From the NCBI GenBank assembly GCA_938084885.1, contig CALKGG010000001.1, positions 679 through 64,678 on the forward strand: a stretch of 64,000 nucleotides of DNA, in the 5' to 3' direction. The first letter of the stretch is position 1, and each line of letters opens with the position of its first letter. The notes below the pieces were generated by a model. The model was not told where the DNA came from, ran no database searches, and worked only from the letters and a program-made list of their open reading frames with translations. This DNA is from an uncultured Acidimicrobiales bacterium (lineage in GTDB: Bacteria; Actinomycetota; Acidimicrobiia; Acidimicrobiales; SHLQ01). Of this stretch, positions 26,787-36,172 are shown in pieces. The translations under genes were made by a program, and so were the position numbers.

Positions 26787-27937
26787 GCTTTTCCAATGAC
26801 GTCTTCGTCCTCGGTGTTGGTATGAGCCGCTTCGGTGGCCCAGCCCAACAACTCGACGAACGGATCATCGCTGCCTCGCTCGAAGCCATCGAGGACGCTG
26901 GAGTTCCCTACGCCGATGTCGAGTCGCTGTATTTGGGAACATCGCTCGCGGCATCTACCTATGGGCCGCCGGTCGTGAAAGACCTTGGTCTGACCGGCCT
27001 TCCGGTCACGCGCATCGAGAATGCGTCGGCCACGGGCGGAGCCACCTTCTATGAGGCAGTCCAGGCAGTGGGAAGCGGACGGCTCGATCTGGCAATGGGC
27101 ATTGCCTTTGACGACCCGAGTACGAGCGCGGTCCCCGACTTCAATGACGTCGAGGGCATTAGCCCGGTCCTCGACCCGTTCGTTCCACCTATGGCGTTCT
27201 TTTCGATGTGGGCCGTGCGACGAATGCACGAAGCTGGCACGACCGCAGAAACGCTGGCGATGATTGCGGCGAAAAATTGGAACAATGCTCGCCTCAATCC
27301 AAACGCCGAACGTCAGGCAACCGAGGAGATCACGGTCGAGCGTGTCCTTGGTTCGCGGATGTTGGCCTACCCGCACACCGCACGAATGGCAGCACCCCAA
27401 GGGGCAGGCGCCGCTGCGGTGATCGTCGGTTCACGGCGCGCACTCGAGCGGTACGGTCTGGCAGGACGAGTACGCGTCACCGCGGCCCAAGCACACTCGG
27501 AACGCTACGCCGACGGACATTTGTTCACCGGTGCCATCATTGGACCACCCGAGATGATTCAGCGTGCGGCGTTCTCCGCCTACGAACAAGCCGGGATCGA
27601 ACCCACCGACCTTGGCGTCATTGCGTTCCATGATGCGTACGCAATCGAAGAGCTCTTGTACTACGAGTCGGTCGGTCTCTGCGCCCCCGGCGACGGCGAC
27701 GGGCTCGTTCACGATGGCGAAACGCAACTCACCGGCCGGTTCCCAACGTCGACCGACGGCGGCTTTATTGGTCGCGGGCATCCGTCGGGGCCGACCGGGC
27801 TCGCCCAAATCTGGGAGCTGACCCACCAACTTCGTGGCACGGCGGGGGATCGACAAGTGTCGAACCCCCGAAACGGCTTAGCCCACATCGTGGGCGGCGG
27901 GTCGGTGTGTTACGCCCACATTCTTCAATCGGTTTGA
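26783..27937 (+). CDS. Thiolase-fold protein of the SCP-x/nsLTP (Ltp) type, with Ser in place of the nucleophilic Cys
   Basis: VFVLGVGMSRFG N-terminus. IENASATGG sits where thiolases have xNxCxSG. GRGHPSGPTGLAQ and GLAHIVGGG at the C-terminus. Confidence 0.85.
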   Translation: MSFSNDVFVLGVGMSRFGGPAQQLDERIIAASLEAIEDAGVPYADVESLYLGTSLAASTYGPPVVKDLGLTGLPVTRIENASATGGATFYEAVQAVGSGRLDLAMGIAFDDPSTSAVPDFNDVEGISPVLDPFVPPMAFFSMWAVRRMHEAGTTAETLAMIAAKNWNNARLNPNAERQATEEITVERVLGSRMLAYPHTARMAAPQGAGAAAVIVGSRRALERYGLAGRVRVTAAQAHSERYADGHLFTGAIIGPPEMIQRAAFSAYEQAGIEPTDLGVIAFHDAYAIEELLYYESVGLCAPGDGDGLVHDGETQLTGRFPTSTDGGFIGRGHPSGPTGLAQIWELTHQLRGTAGDRQVSNPRNGLAHIVGGGSVCYAHILQSV

Positions 27938-27956
27938 CAAAGAAAGTGAGAATCAC

Positions 27957-28859
27957 GTGAGCATCGACTTTAGTGATCAGGTCGCCATCGTTACCGGCGC
28001 AGGAACCGGCCTCGGCCGCAGCCACGCCATCGAGCTCGCCGCTCGTGGCGCAGCGGTGGTCGTAAACGACTTGCACAACCCCGAGGCCGACGGGCCATCG
28101 AGCGCCCAGGGCGTCGTCGATGAGATCAACAGCCTCGGCGGAGTTGCCGTTGCGAACCACGATTCGGTCTCAACGCCCGAAGGGGGAGCGGCCATCGTCG
28201 AAACCGCTGTCAGCGAGTTTGGTCGCATCGATGTAGTGGTAAACAACGCTGGCATCGTGCGCGATGGCTCGTTCGCGAAACTTCCCATCGAGTCGATTCA
28301 TTCGGTTCTCGACGTGCATCTGCGAGCAGCGTTTTATGTGACCCAACCGGCCTTTGTAAAGATGAAAGAGCAGAGTTACGGGCGCATTGTCTTTACGACG
28401 TCGGGCGCCGGGCTCTTTGGGAACTTTGGTCAGGCCAACTACGCAGCGGCAAAGACCGGACTTGTTGGACTTGCCAACGTCCTCGCAATCGAAGGCGCGC
28501 GGTATGGGATTCACGCGAACTCGATCGCGCCCGCAGCGCGCACCCAGATGAACGAAGGGCTCCTCGGCGATCTCACCGATGCCCTCGACCCCGAGCTCGT
28601 CACCTCGATGGTGGTGTTCTTGGCGTCGCGTGACTGTGCTGCTACCGGCGAGGTCTATTCGGCAATGGGCGGTCGATACGCTCGGGTATTCACTGGCTTG
28701 ACCAAGGGATGGTTTGCCGGCTTTGACAATCGTCCGACCGCCGACGATGTGTTTGCTCATATCGACGACATCAACGCAGAAGCGGGATATCGCGTGCCAA
28801 CCGACGTGACCACTGAAGTGGACGAGTTGAACGCCTATCTCAAGGACGCAACGAGCTAA
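27957..28859 (+). CDS. SDR, 3-hydroxyacyl-CoA dehydrogenase-like (MFE-2 N-terminal type)
   Basis: VTGAGTGLGRS and YAAAKTG motifs; VVVNDL...GG.A and NNAGI signature. Confidence 0.9.
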   Translation: MSIDFSDQVAIVTGAGTGLGRSHAIELAARGAAVVVNDLHNPEADGPSSAQGVVDEINSLGGVAVANHDSVSTPEGGAAIVETAVSEFGRIDVVVNNAGIVRDGSFAKLPIESIHSVLDVHLRAAFYVTQPAFVKMKEQSYGRIVFTTSGAGLFGNFGQANYAAAKTGLVGLANVLAIEGARYGIHANSIAPAARTQMNEGLLGDLTDALDPELVTSMVVFLASRDCAATGEVYSAMGGRYARVFTGLTKGWFAGFDNRPTADDVFAHIDDINAEAGYRVPTDVTTEVDELNAYLKDATS

Positions 28860-28876
28860 CGATCCCGGCCGTCGCC

Positions 28877-30475
28877 CTATTGCTGGGTTGCGAGGTCGTT
28901 CGCAAGCGCACCGAGACGCGTGTAGTCGAGCTTGCCGTTCGGTGCCCGGTCCAGGCTCTCGACGGGAAAGAGAAGGCGGGGAATCTTGTATCCAGCGATC
29001 GAGGCTCGACACGATTCGCGGACCGATTCCTCATCGAGGGTGACACCGGGACCGAGTTGCACCAGACCAGTAACAACCTGGCCAAAGCGCTCGTCGGGAG
29101 TGCCAACGACCGCTGCGTCAACAATGTCGGGGTGGGCCTTGAGCGCAGTCTCGACCTCGTCGGGGTAGACCTTCTCGCCGCCGGTGTTGATCGTGCCCGA
29201 TCCGCGTCCAAGAAACTCGATCGTGCCCTCGGTAGACAGTGTGGCGTAGTCGCCTGCAACGGCGAACCGCTCGCCGTCGACGGTGAGAAAGGTCGACGCA
29301 GTCTTTTCGGGGTCGTTGTGATAACCCAAGGGAATTCGGCCACCGACCGCAAGGCGCCCAACCTCGTCAGTTCCGGGGGTGACGTCGCGGCCGTCGTCGG
29401 TCAATAGGCGGGTGTTCGGTCCGAGTTGGAAGCGGCCGGTTTCGCCGTCGCCTGCCGATCGGGACACCGATGATGCAGCGCCGAGGGCTTCCGATGATCC
29501 GAGTGCATCGATAACGATCAGGTCGGGGGACAACGCGTGCAACCTAGCTTTGACGTCATTGCTCAAGGTCGCCCCCGACGAGACGATGACGCGTAGTGAC
29601 GCAAGGTTCCAGCGCTCGGGGTCCTCATCGATTGCTGCCAACAGTGGACGGGTTTGTGCATCGCCGATCAATACCAAGCTCGCAACGGCGTTTGCGTCGA
29701 CTGCGTCGAGAAGCTGGCGGGCATCGAATCGGCCGGGGGGAAGGAGCACAACGGTCCCGCCGATCGACAGGGCGCTCATTGCCGAGCCGGCCCCGGTGCC
29801 GTGCATGAGTGGACACGCCGGAAGCACGATGGGCCCCGGAGTTTCGGTTTTCGACGCCACGATATCGAGGTCGGTGGTGTCGCCGTATGGTCGTAGCGAG
29901 GTGTTGTTCAGTGCCCCGAACCAGTCGTCTTGACGCCACAGCACCCCTTTGGGGTTGCCGGTGGTGCCTCCGGTGTAGAGCATGTAGATGTCGTCCCCAG
30001 ACCGATCCCAGGCGGGCGAGACTGCAGCTGGCGTACGGTGATTTGTTCCCGCGTGATTCGTCACGGCGAGGTACTGATCGGGAATGCGCAACCACCATTT
30101 CACGCCGGGCACGCGGCCTCGCACGGCGGCGACGGTGTCTTCGAATGCTTCGTCATAGATGACGCCGACGGCGCCGCTGTCGTTCCAGAGGTGGACGAGC
30201 TCATCGCCGACGTAGCGATAGTTGGTGTTGACCGGGACCAGTCCAGCTTTGAAGATCGCGAACATCGACTCGAGGTAGGCGGAGCCGTTGTACAGGTACT
30301 GGGCAACGCGATCTTGTTGGCCGACACCGTGGTCGATCATCCAGGTCGCAAGCAACGAGGCGCGCTCGTCGAAGGTTTGCCACGAGACCACCTCGTCACC
30401 TTGCACGATGGCTGGTCGGTCGGGATGGTTGTGCGCGATGACTTCCCAGACATCAGCAAAATTCCAGCTACTCAC
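28877..30475 (-). CDS. AMP-dependent acyl-CoA synthetase/ligase
   Basis: YTGGTTGNPKG motif and C-terminal NGKLDY. Confidence 0.9.
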   Translation of the reverse strand: MSSWNFADVWEVIAHNHPDRPAIVQGDEVVSWQTFDERASLLATWMIDHGVGQQDRVAQYLYNGSAYLESMFAIFKAGLVPVNTNYRYVGDELVHLWNDSGAVGVIYDEAFEDTVAAVRGRVPGVKWWLRIPDQYLAVTNHAGTNHRTPAAVSPAWDRSGDDIYMLYTGGTTGNPKGVLWRQDDWFGALNNTSLRPYGDTTDLDIVASKTETPGPIVLPACPLMHGTGAGSAMSALSIGGTVVLLPPGRFDARQLLDAVDANAVASLVLIGDAQTRPLLAAIDEDPERWNLASLRVIVSSGATLSNDVKARLHALSPDLIVIDALGSSEALGAASSVSRSAGDGETGRFQLGPNTRLLTDDGRDVTPGTDEVGRLAVGGRIPLGYHNDPEKTASTFLTVDGERFAVAGDYATLSTEGTIEFLGRGSGTINTGGEKVYPDEVETALKAHPDIVDAAVVGTPDERFGQVVTGLVQLGPGVTLDEESVRESCRASIAGYKIPRLLFPVESLDRAPNGKLDYTRLGALANDLATQQ

Positions 30476-30486
30476 AAGACGAAACC

Positions 30487-30500
30487 CTATCGAACGCTAG
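30487..30500. promoter_or_regulatory. Operator-like site E of the CTAGCGAnCGCTAG family
   Basis: CTATCGAACGCTAG followed by ATCGGA. Lies 12 nt upstream of the acyl-CoA synthetase start and immediately downstream of the TetR gene. Confidence 0.55.
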
Positions 30501-30529
30501 ATCGGAAGTCTAGCTTGATGTTGGAAGCG

Positions 30530-31213
30530 TCAGTTCTCAGTGAATCCTGAAAGTTGATTCTCGGGGGCCTCGGTGGAGAGTCCAGACATCAACAACCTGC
30601 TGAAATCGTCGGCGTACTCGTGTGGGCGCCGACGGGACCCCGGTCGTACGCAGATGGCGTACCAGTGGAGGGTCCCCATGATCGAGATGCGCGCGCTCGG
30701 AAGTGCAATGTCTCGAAAGATACCGCGTTTTTGGCCATCGAGAAGGATGTTGTCGAGTGCGGCATCGAGTCGATCCCGGCCGTCCTGCATCAGCTCGCTT
30801 GCCTCATCGGGGAGTGCATGGCGTTCACGGAAGAACGCCACCATTCGACTGTGGTACCGCTCGATGGTGTCGGTTTGGATTTCGATGAACCGCCGAAGCT
30901 TGTCGCGTGGGTCGCGGTCGGAGTTTGCGAGCTCTTCGAGGGGCTCGAGCAGTACGTCGATCACCGATTGGTGCAATAACACCAAGATATTCACCTTGTT
31001 TCCAACGTGATAGTAGAGCGTTGGTTGCGACACGTTGGCGGCGTCTGCGAGATCGCGAACAGTCGTGGCATGAAACCCGTTGGTCACAAAGAAGTCGGCG
31101 GCAATGTCGAGGATCTCCTCGCGTCGGGCATTGGACTTGTCGGTCCTTGCCGACGCAGCGGTGGTTTCGGTTGGTTCCCCAACTGTCGCCCCGTCATGTG
31201 GATCTTGTGCCAT
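30530..31213 (-). CDS. TetR-family transcriptional regulator
   Basis: HTH FFVTNGFHATTVRDLADAANVSQPTLYYHVGNK. GAGGAG lies 5 nt upstream of the ATG at 31213. The longest ORF starts at 31297. Confidence 0.85.
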   Translation of the reverse strand: MAQDPHDGATVGEPTETTAASARTDKSNARREEILDIAADFFVTNGFHATTVRDLADAANVSQPTLYYHVGNKVNILVLLHQSVIDVLLEPLEELANSDRDPRDKLRRFIEIQTDTIERYHSRMVAFFRERHALPDEASELMQDGRDRLDAALDNILLDGQKRGIFRDIALPSARISIMGTLHWYAICVRPGSRRRPHEYADDFSRLLMSGLSTEAPENQLSGFTEN

Positions 31214-31245
31214 GTGACTCCTCAGAGGTGGCGGTGACGCACAAT

Positions 31246-31259
31246 CTAGCGCACGGTCG
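31246..31259. promoter_or_regulatory. Weaker operator-like site F (half-site TCTAGCG)
   Basis: ATCTAGCGCACGGTCGATCA in the TetR/E1-alpha divergent region. Only the left half matches the family well. Confidence 0.3.
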
Positions 31260-31311
31260 ATCAGTTTGTTTGATCCGTGGGTTGTGTGCCTAGCCAATGA
31301 GGGTCTACTGT

Positions 31312-31325
31312 GTAGCGAACGCTAG
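31312..31325. promoter_or_regulatory. Operator-like site G of the CTAGCGAnCGCTAG family
   Basis: GTAGCGAACGCTAG followed by ATCGGA. It shares the 16-mer CGAACGCTAGATCGGA exactly with site E. Confidence 0.6.
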
Positions 31326-31410
31326 ATCGGACGCATTCGACTGACGTGTTCCGACACGCACGTCGATGAGGGGAAGGTAGTGCCCAGTGCACGAAGCAGG
31401 ACATGACGCC

Positions 31411-32403
31411 ATGACGAATACGGTGCCAGACCGACCGGCGCTCGAGTGGATGTACTCGACGATGCTCTTGGCGAAGATGGCCGACGAGCGGGCTGCTCTC
31501 GAAGCGCGCAAGGGCCTGTTGCAAGCCGCCCTCTACCCCGTGCGAGGACTCGAAGCAGTCTGCGCCGCAATGGGTGTTGCAATGACCGACCAGGACCAGA
31601 TGGTGTCGAGCTATCGCAACCTCGGCGACGCGTTGTCGCGCCGCATTCCGCTACGCACCATCATTGCCGAGGCCTATGGTCGCATGGGTGGCACCTCGAA
31701 GGGTAAGGGTGGGACCATGCACCTGACCGACACCGAGCGAGGCCTGGTCGCAACGACCGGAATCGTCGGTGCTGGCATGCCGATCGCCGTCGGACTCGGC
31801 CTCGCAGCCCAGCTCGACAAGTCGAACCGCGCCGTCGTGGTGACCTTCGGTGATGGAGCGACCTCGATTGGATCGGCTCACGAGTCGTTCAACCTCGCGG
31901 CGCTGTGGAAGCTCCCGGTGGTGTTCGTCTGTCAGAACAACCAGTGGGGTGAGCACACGCCGTTGGCCGGATATGCAGCCAACCCGAACTTGGCCGAGCG
32001 CACGGCTGCGTACGGCATGGCCGCCGAGGCGGTCGATGGCTTTGACCCAATGGCGACCTTGCACACTATTGGTCGAGCGCTCGACCGAGCCCGTGCAGGA
32101 GACGGACCAAGCTTCGTTGAGTGCCGCTCGTACCGGCTCACTGGCCACTCCGGATTGTCGGACTACTCCTATGTTCCCAAAGAGGAACTCGCCGCAGCGT
32201 TGGAGCGAGACCCCGCCCCGACGTTTCGCACGTGGCTCGAGCAGAACGGCCATGTCGACAGCGCAACGCTTCAGAACATCGAACATGCCGCTGAGGCAAC
32301 GGTCGATGAAGCGTTCGCCTTTGCCCAAGAAAGCCCGCATCCGTCCCAAGATGAACTCTTGTTGGACGTGTACGCATCACCCGAAGGAGTGCCTACCCGA
32401 TGA
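31411..32403 (+). CDS. TPP-dependent 2-oxoacid/acetoin dehydrogenase E1 component, alpha subunit
   Basis: GDGATSIGSAHESFNLAALWKLPVVFVCQNNQW, the TPP-binding GDG...NN motif. Start taken at MTNTVPDRP. Confidence 0.9.
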   Translation: MTNTVPDRPALEWMYSTMLLAKMADERAALEARKGLLQAALYPVRGLEAVCAAMGVAMTDQDQMVSSYRNLGDALSRRIPLRTIIAEAYGRMGGTSKGKGGTMHLTDTERGLVATTGIVGAGMPIAVGLGLAAQLDKSNRAVVVTFGDGATSIGSAHESFNLAALWKLPVVFVCQNNQWGEHTPLAGYAANPNLAERTAAYGMAAEAVDGFDPMATLHTIGRALDRARAGDGPSFVECRSYRLTGHSGLSDYSYVPKEELAAALERDPAPTFRTWLEQNGHVDSATLQNIEHAAEATVDEAFAFAQESPHPSQDELLLDVYASPEGVPTR

Positions 32404-33428
32404 CCACCCTCGAATCGTCAACAGACACGACGCAGATGACGATCGTTGCGGCGATCCAATCAGCGCTCGACGTCGCCCTTGGCCTCGACGAACGCGTCCT
32501 CATCCTTGGCGAGGACATCGCGGATCCAATCGGCGGGGTGATGAAAGCAACGAAGGGCCTATCGACCAAGCACGGACTCGACCGTGTGCGGGCAACGCCG
32601 ATCGTTGAACAAACCATTGTCGGGACCGCGGTGGGGGCTGCGCTCGGTGGTTACCGTCCGGTGGCTGAAATCATGTTCATGGATTTCCTCTGCCAAGCAA
32701 TGGACCAGATCATCAACCATGCAGCAAAGTCCCGCTACATGTCGGGAGGTCACTCGCCCGCACCAATCGTGGTCCGTGCAATGATCGGCGACTCCAAGTT
32801 TGGCGCCCAGCACTCCCAGGCGCTCGAGAGTTGGTTCATGCATACCCCGGGGTTGAAGGTTGTTATGCCATCGAACCCCTACGACACCAAAGGCCTGCTG
32901 CTTTCGGCGATCTTTGACGATGATCCGGTCATCTTCATCGAGAACATGGGGATGTCGTATTCAATCAAGGGCGAAGTGCCAACGGGCGACTACCGGGTGC
33001 CACTCGGTGAAGCCTCTGTGCTTCGAGAGGGCTCCGATATCACGCTCATTACCTATGGAGCCGAAGTCCACCCTTCGATGGCCGCTGCCCAGTCGCTCGA
33101 GGGCGAAATCGACGTCGAAGTGATCGATCTTCGAAGCCTGGTGCCACTCGACATCTCGACCTGTGTTGCGTCGGCGTCTCGCACGAAGCGAGCCATCATC
33201 GTGCACGGATCGACCGAGTTCTGTGGCCCGGGCGCAGAGGTGGCAACGCAACTCAATGATCAACTGTTCGGAACACTCGATGTCCCTGTGGCGCGACTGG
33301 GCGCAACATATTCGCCCGTGCCGTTCTCACAACAGCTGCATTCGATTCCGACCGAAGCGTCGATCGTCGCAGCGATTCGTTCGCTACGACAGCGCGACAC
33401 CGTGGGCCAAAGCCCAATGAACGTCTGA
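32400..33428 (+). CDS. 2-oxoacid/acetoin dehydrogenase E1 component, beta subunit
   Basis: ILGEDIADPIGGVMKATKGL...PIVEQTIVGTAVGAALGGYRP. ATGA overlap with the alpha subunit. Confidence 0.9.
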   Translation: MTTLESSTDTTQMTIVAAIQSALDVALGLDERVLILGEDIADPIGGVMKATKGLSTKHGLDRVRATPIVEQTIVGTAVGAALGGYRPVAEIMFMDFLCQAMDQIINHAAKSRYMSGGHSPAPIVVRAMIGDSKFGAQHSQALESWFMHTPGLKVVMPSNPYDTKGLLLSAIFDDDPVIFIENMGMSYSIKGEVPTGDYRVPLGEASVLREGSDITLITYGAEVHPSMAAAQSLEGEIDVEVIDLRSLVPLDISTCVASASRTKRAIIVHGSTEFCGPGAEVATQLNDQLFGTLDVPVARLGATYSPVPFSQQLHSIPTEASIVAAIRSLRQRDTVGQSPMNV

Positions 33429-33451
33429 TTTAGCGCACGCCGGGGGGTACT

Positions 33452-36172
33452 GTGCAACACGTCCAATTTTTGCTTCTCGGACTCGGGAACGGCGCCGTAT
33501 TTGCGGCGCTGGGCCTTGGTCTCGTGGTCACGTTCCGAAGTTCGGGAGTGCTCAACTTTGCGGTTGGCGCCCAGGCGCTGCTCGCCGCGTATATCTACGC
33601 GTTCTTGCGCGACGGCAGGTTGTTCAACCCAATACCGGGGTTTCCTGAGTTCATCGACATCGGCGGTGACCCGGGACTTGTCGTGTCGATGATCGGCGCT
33701 GTTGCCGCGTCGGTGGTTCTGAGCTTGCTCTTTTTCCTCCTCATCTTTCGACCGCTCCGCCATGCTCCTCCGGTGGCGGCAGCGGTCGCATCTCTTGGCC
33801 TGATGGTCACCCTCCAAGCCGTGATGGCCCAACGAGTCGGCACTCGACCCGTTAATGTCGACGCCATCTTCCCGCGAGACATCTGGCAGGTGAACGGGGC
33901 GCCGATCCAGCTCGACCGGGTGTGGTTCGCCGGCACCGTCGTGTTGCTTGCCTTTGCCTTGGGTGCAGTATTCCAATACACCTCATTTGGATTGCGTACT
34001 CGGGCCGCGGCGGCCAACGAGAAGGGTGCGGTTGTGACCGGGCTCGCTCCAGACCGGATTGCGGCAGCGAACTGGGCGTTGACCGGCGGGGTCGTGGGGC
34101 TTGCGGGAGTGCTGATTGCGCCGATTGCCACCCTCGTTCCCGTTGCGTACACGTTGTTCGTTATTCCGGCAATGGCGGCGGCCCTCGTCGGGCAGTTCCG
34201 TGCTCTTGGGCCGACGGCTCTTGGCGGTATTGCCCTTGGCATGTTGCAGTCCGAGATGACCTTCGTGCAGGTCAGGTACGACTCGTTGCCCAACTGGATC
34301 GTGCCAACCAGCGGGCTCCCCGAGATGTTGCCGCTGGTCCTGATCCTGCTGATGCTGGTTGTCCGGTCACGGCCAATCACCTCTCGAGGCGTCGAACTAC
34401 GCGAGTCGCTCAGCGCTGCACCTCGACCGAACCACGTGTGGCTCCCGGCAGCGGCGGCCTTGGTTCTTGGAACCATCGCGATTCTGTTGCTGTCATCGCC
34501 ATGGCGCCTGGCACTGATCACCTCGATGGCTGCGGCGATCATTGCGCTCAGCATGGTGTTGATTACCGGCTACGGCGGACAGATCTCGCTCGCCCAGTTC
34601 ACCCTCGGTGGTGCTGCTGGATTCCTGCTAAGCAACTTGTCCGACGATCTTGGCATCCCGTTCCCGTTTGCGCCGTTGCTCGCCGCGCTCGGGGCTGCGG
34701 TGCTTGGCGTGTTGATTGGATTGCCGGCGCTGCGGGTGCGCGGGTTGAGCCTCGGCGTCGTGACCCTTGCACTATCGGTTGCGATCGAAGCCGTGTGGTT
34801 CCGAAATAGCGATTTCAACGGTGGCAGTAGTGGCGCCGTGGTGACCGACCCATCACTGTTCGGCATCGATCTGGGCGTCGGCTCGGGCTTGGCCTTTCCG
34901 AGCGAGGCGTTTGCGATTCTCTGTCTCGTGGTGCTTGTGGCGACCGCTGTTGGCGTTGCGCAGATTCGTCGATCTCGGTTTGGTTCAGCACTTATGGCTG
35001 TGCGTGTCAACGAGCGGTCTGCTGCTGCTGCCGGCATTGATGTTGTTCGCACCAAGCTTGCGATCTTTGCGATTGGTTCGTTCGTTGCGGGTCTCGGCGG
35101 CGCGCTCATTTCCTATCGCCAGGGAGTCGCCAGCTTTGACCTGTTTCCAACGCTGCTTGGACTGGGCCTATTTGCCACCGTGTATTTGTCTGGAATCACG
35201 TCGGTGAGTGGAGGCATTCTCGCCGGTTTTCTCGCAATCAACGGCGTCGTGTTTAAGGCGACCGACGAGCTGATCGGACTTGGAGCGTGGTACAACGCCA
35301 TTACGGGCGTGCTGCTCATCGTGACGATTATCTCCTATCCCGATGGCCTGGTTGGGCCGATCCACGAATTCCGGCGGTCGTCGCGCGGTGCTGGTACCAG
35401 CGATGAAACGTCCGGCCTCGAACCAGTAGGCGAAGTTCCTCGGCCTGACCGTGGTGCTCGCGATCGCGAGACGGTGATGACGCTCGATTCGTTGACGGTC
35501 AAGTACGGCAATGTTGTGGCCAACAGCAATGTCACCTTCGATCTCGAAGCGGGCTCGATCACCGGGCTCATTGGCCCGAACGGTGCGGGTAAGTCGACGC
35601 TGCTCGATGCCCTCACCGGGTTTGCTCCCTACACGGGCACGGTCAGTGCGCTGGGCCAAGGGTTCGATACCTTGCAGCCGCATCAACGGACGCGCAGCGG
35701 TGTTGCTCGAACGTTCCAGTCGGCGCAGCTGTGTGAGGAGTTGACGGTCACCGAGAACGTGGAGATTGGCCGCCTCGGCGATTCGTCGGACGCGACGGCC
35801 AATGCCATTGCAGCGACTGGTCTCGGCGAGCTCGTCGATCGCCCGGTCAGCGATTTGAGTCAGGGGCAACGTCAGCTCGTGGCGCTGGCGAGGGCGTTGG
35901 CGAGTAAGCCAGCGATTCTTCTGCTCGACGAACCTGCCGGAGGTCTCGACTCGACCGAGAGCAAGATCTTGGGTGATCGATTGCGCCATATTTGCCAAGA
36001 CGGCGTTGCCATTCTCTTGATCGATCACGACATGGGCTTGATCATGGACGTGTCTGACCACGTCGTCGTGCTCGACTTTGGTGAGGTCATTGCTTCTGGC
36101 CCACCTGAGAAGGTTCGTCACGACGCGCTGGTCGCGGAGGCGTATCTCGGCCGTTCGGGAGCTGCGTCATGA
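33452..36172 (+). CDS. Fused Liv-type ABC transporter: LivH-like permease + LivM-like permease + LivG-like ATPase in one 906-aa ORF
   Basis: A single uninterrupted frame. The N-terminus is LivH-like (LLGLGNGAVFAALGLGLVVTF), the middle LivM-like (LITGYGGQISLAQFTLGGAAGF), and the C-terminus an ABC ATPase (GPNGAGKST, LSQGQRQ, LLLDEPAGGLD). Confidence 0.85.
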   Translation: MQHVQFLLLGLGNGAVFAALGLGLVVTFRSSGVLNFAVGAQALLAAYIYAFLRDGRLFNPIPGFPEFIDIGGDPGLVVSMIGAVAASVVLSLLFFLLIFRPLRHAPPVAAAVASLGLMVTLQAVMAQRVGTRPVNVDAIFPRDIWQVNGAPIQLDRVWFAGTVVLLAFALGAVFQYTSFGLRTRAAAANEKGAVVTGLAPDRIAAANWALTGGVVGLAGVLIAPIATLVPVAYTLFVIPAMAAALVGQFRALGPTALGGIALGMLQSEMTFVQVRYDSLPNWIVPTSGLPEMLPLVLILLMLVVRSRPITSRGVELRESLSAAPRPNHVWLPAAAALVLGTIAILLLSSPWRLALITSMAAAIIALSMVLITGYGGQISLAQFTLGGAAGFLLSNLSDDLGIPFPFAPLLAALGAAVLGVLIGLPALRVRGLSLGVVTLALSVAIEAVWFRNSDFNGGSSGAVVTDPSLFGIDLGVGSGLAFPSEAFAILCLVVLVATAVGVAQIRRSRFGSALMAVRVNERSAAAAGIDVVRTKLAIFAIGSFVAGLGGALISYRQGVASFDLFPTLLGLGLFATVYLSGITSVSGGILAGFLAINGVVFKATDELIGLGAWYNAITGVLLIVTIISYPDGLVGPIHEFRRSSRGAGTSDETSGLEPVGEVPRPDRGARDRETVMTLDSLTVKYGNVVANSNVTFDLEAGSITGLIGPNGAGKSTLLDALTGFAPYTGTVSALGQGFDTLQPHQRTRSGVARTFQSAQLCEELTVTENVEIGRLGDSSDATANAIAATGLGELVDRPVSDLSQGQRQLVALARALASKPAILLLDEPAGGLDSTESKILGDRLRHICQDGVAILLIDHDMGLIMDVSDHVVVLDFGEVIASGPPEKVRHDALVAEAYLGRSGAAS

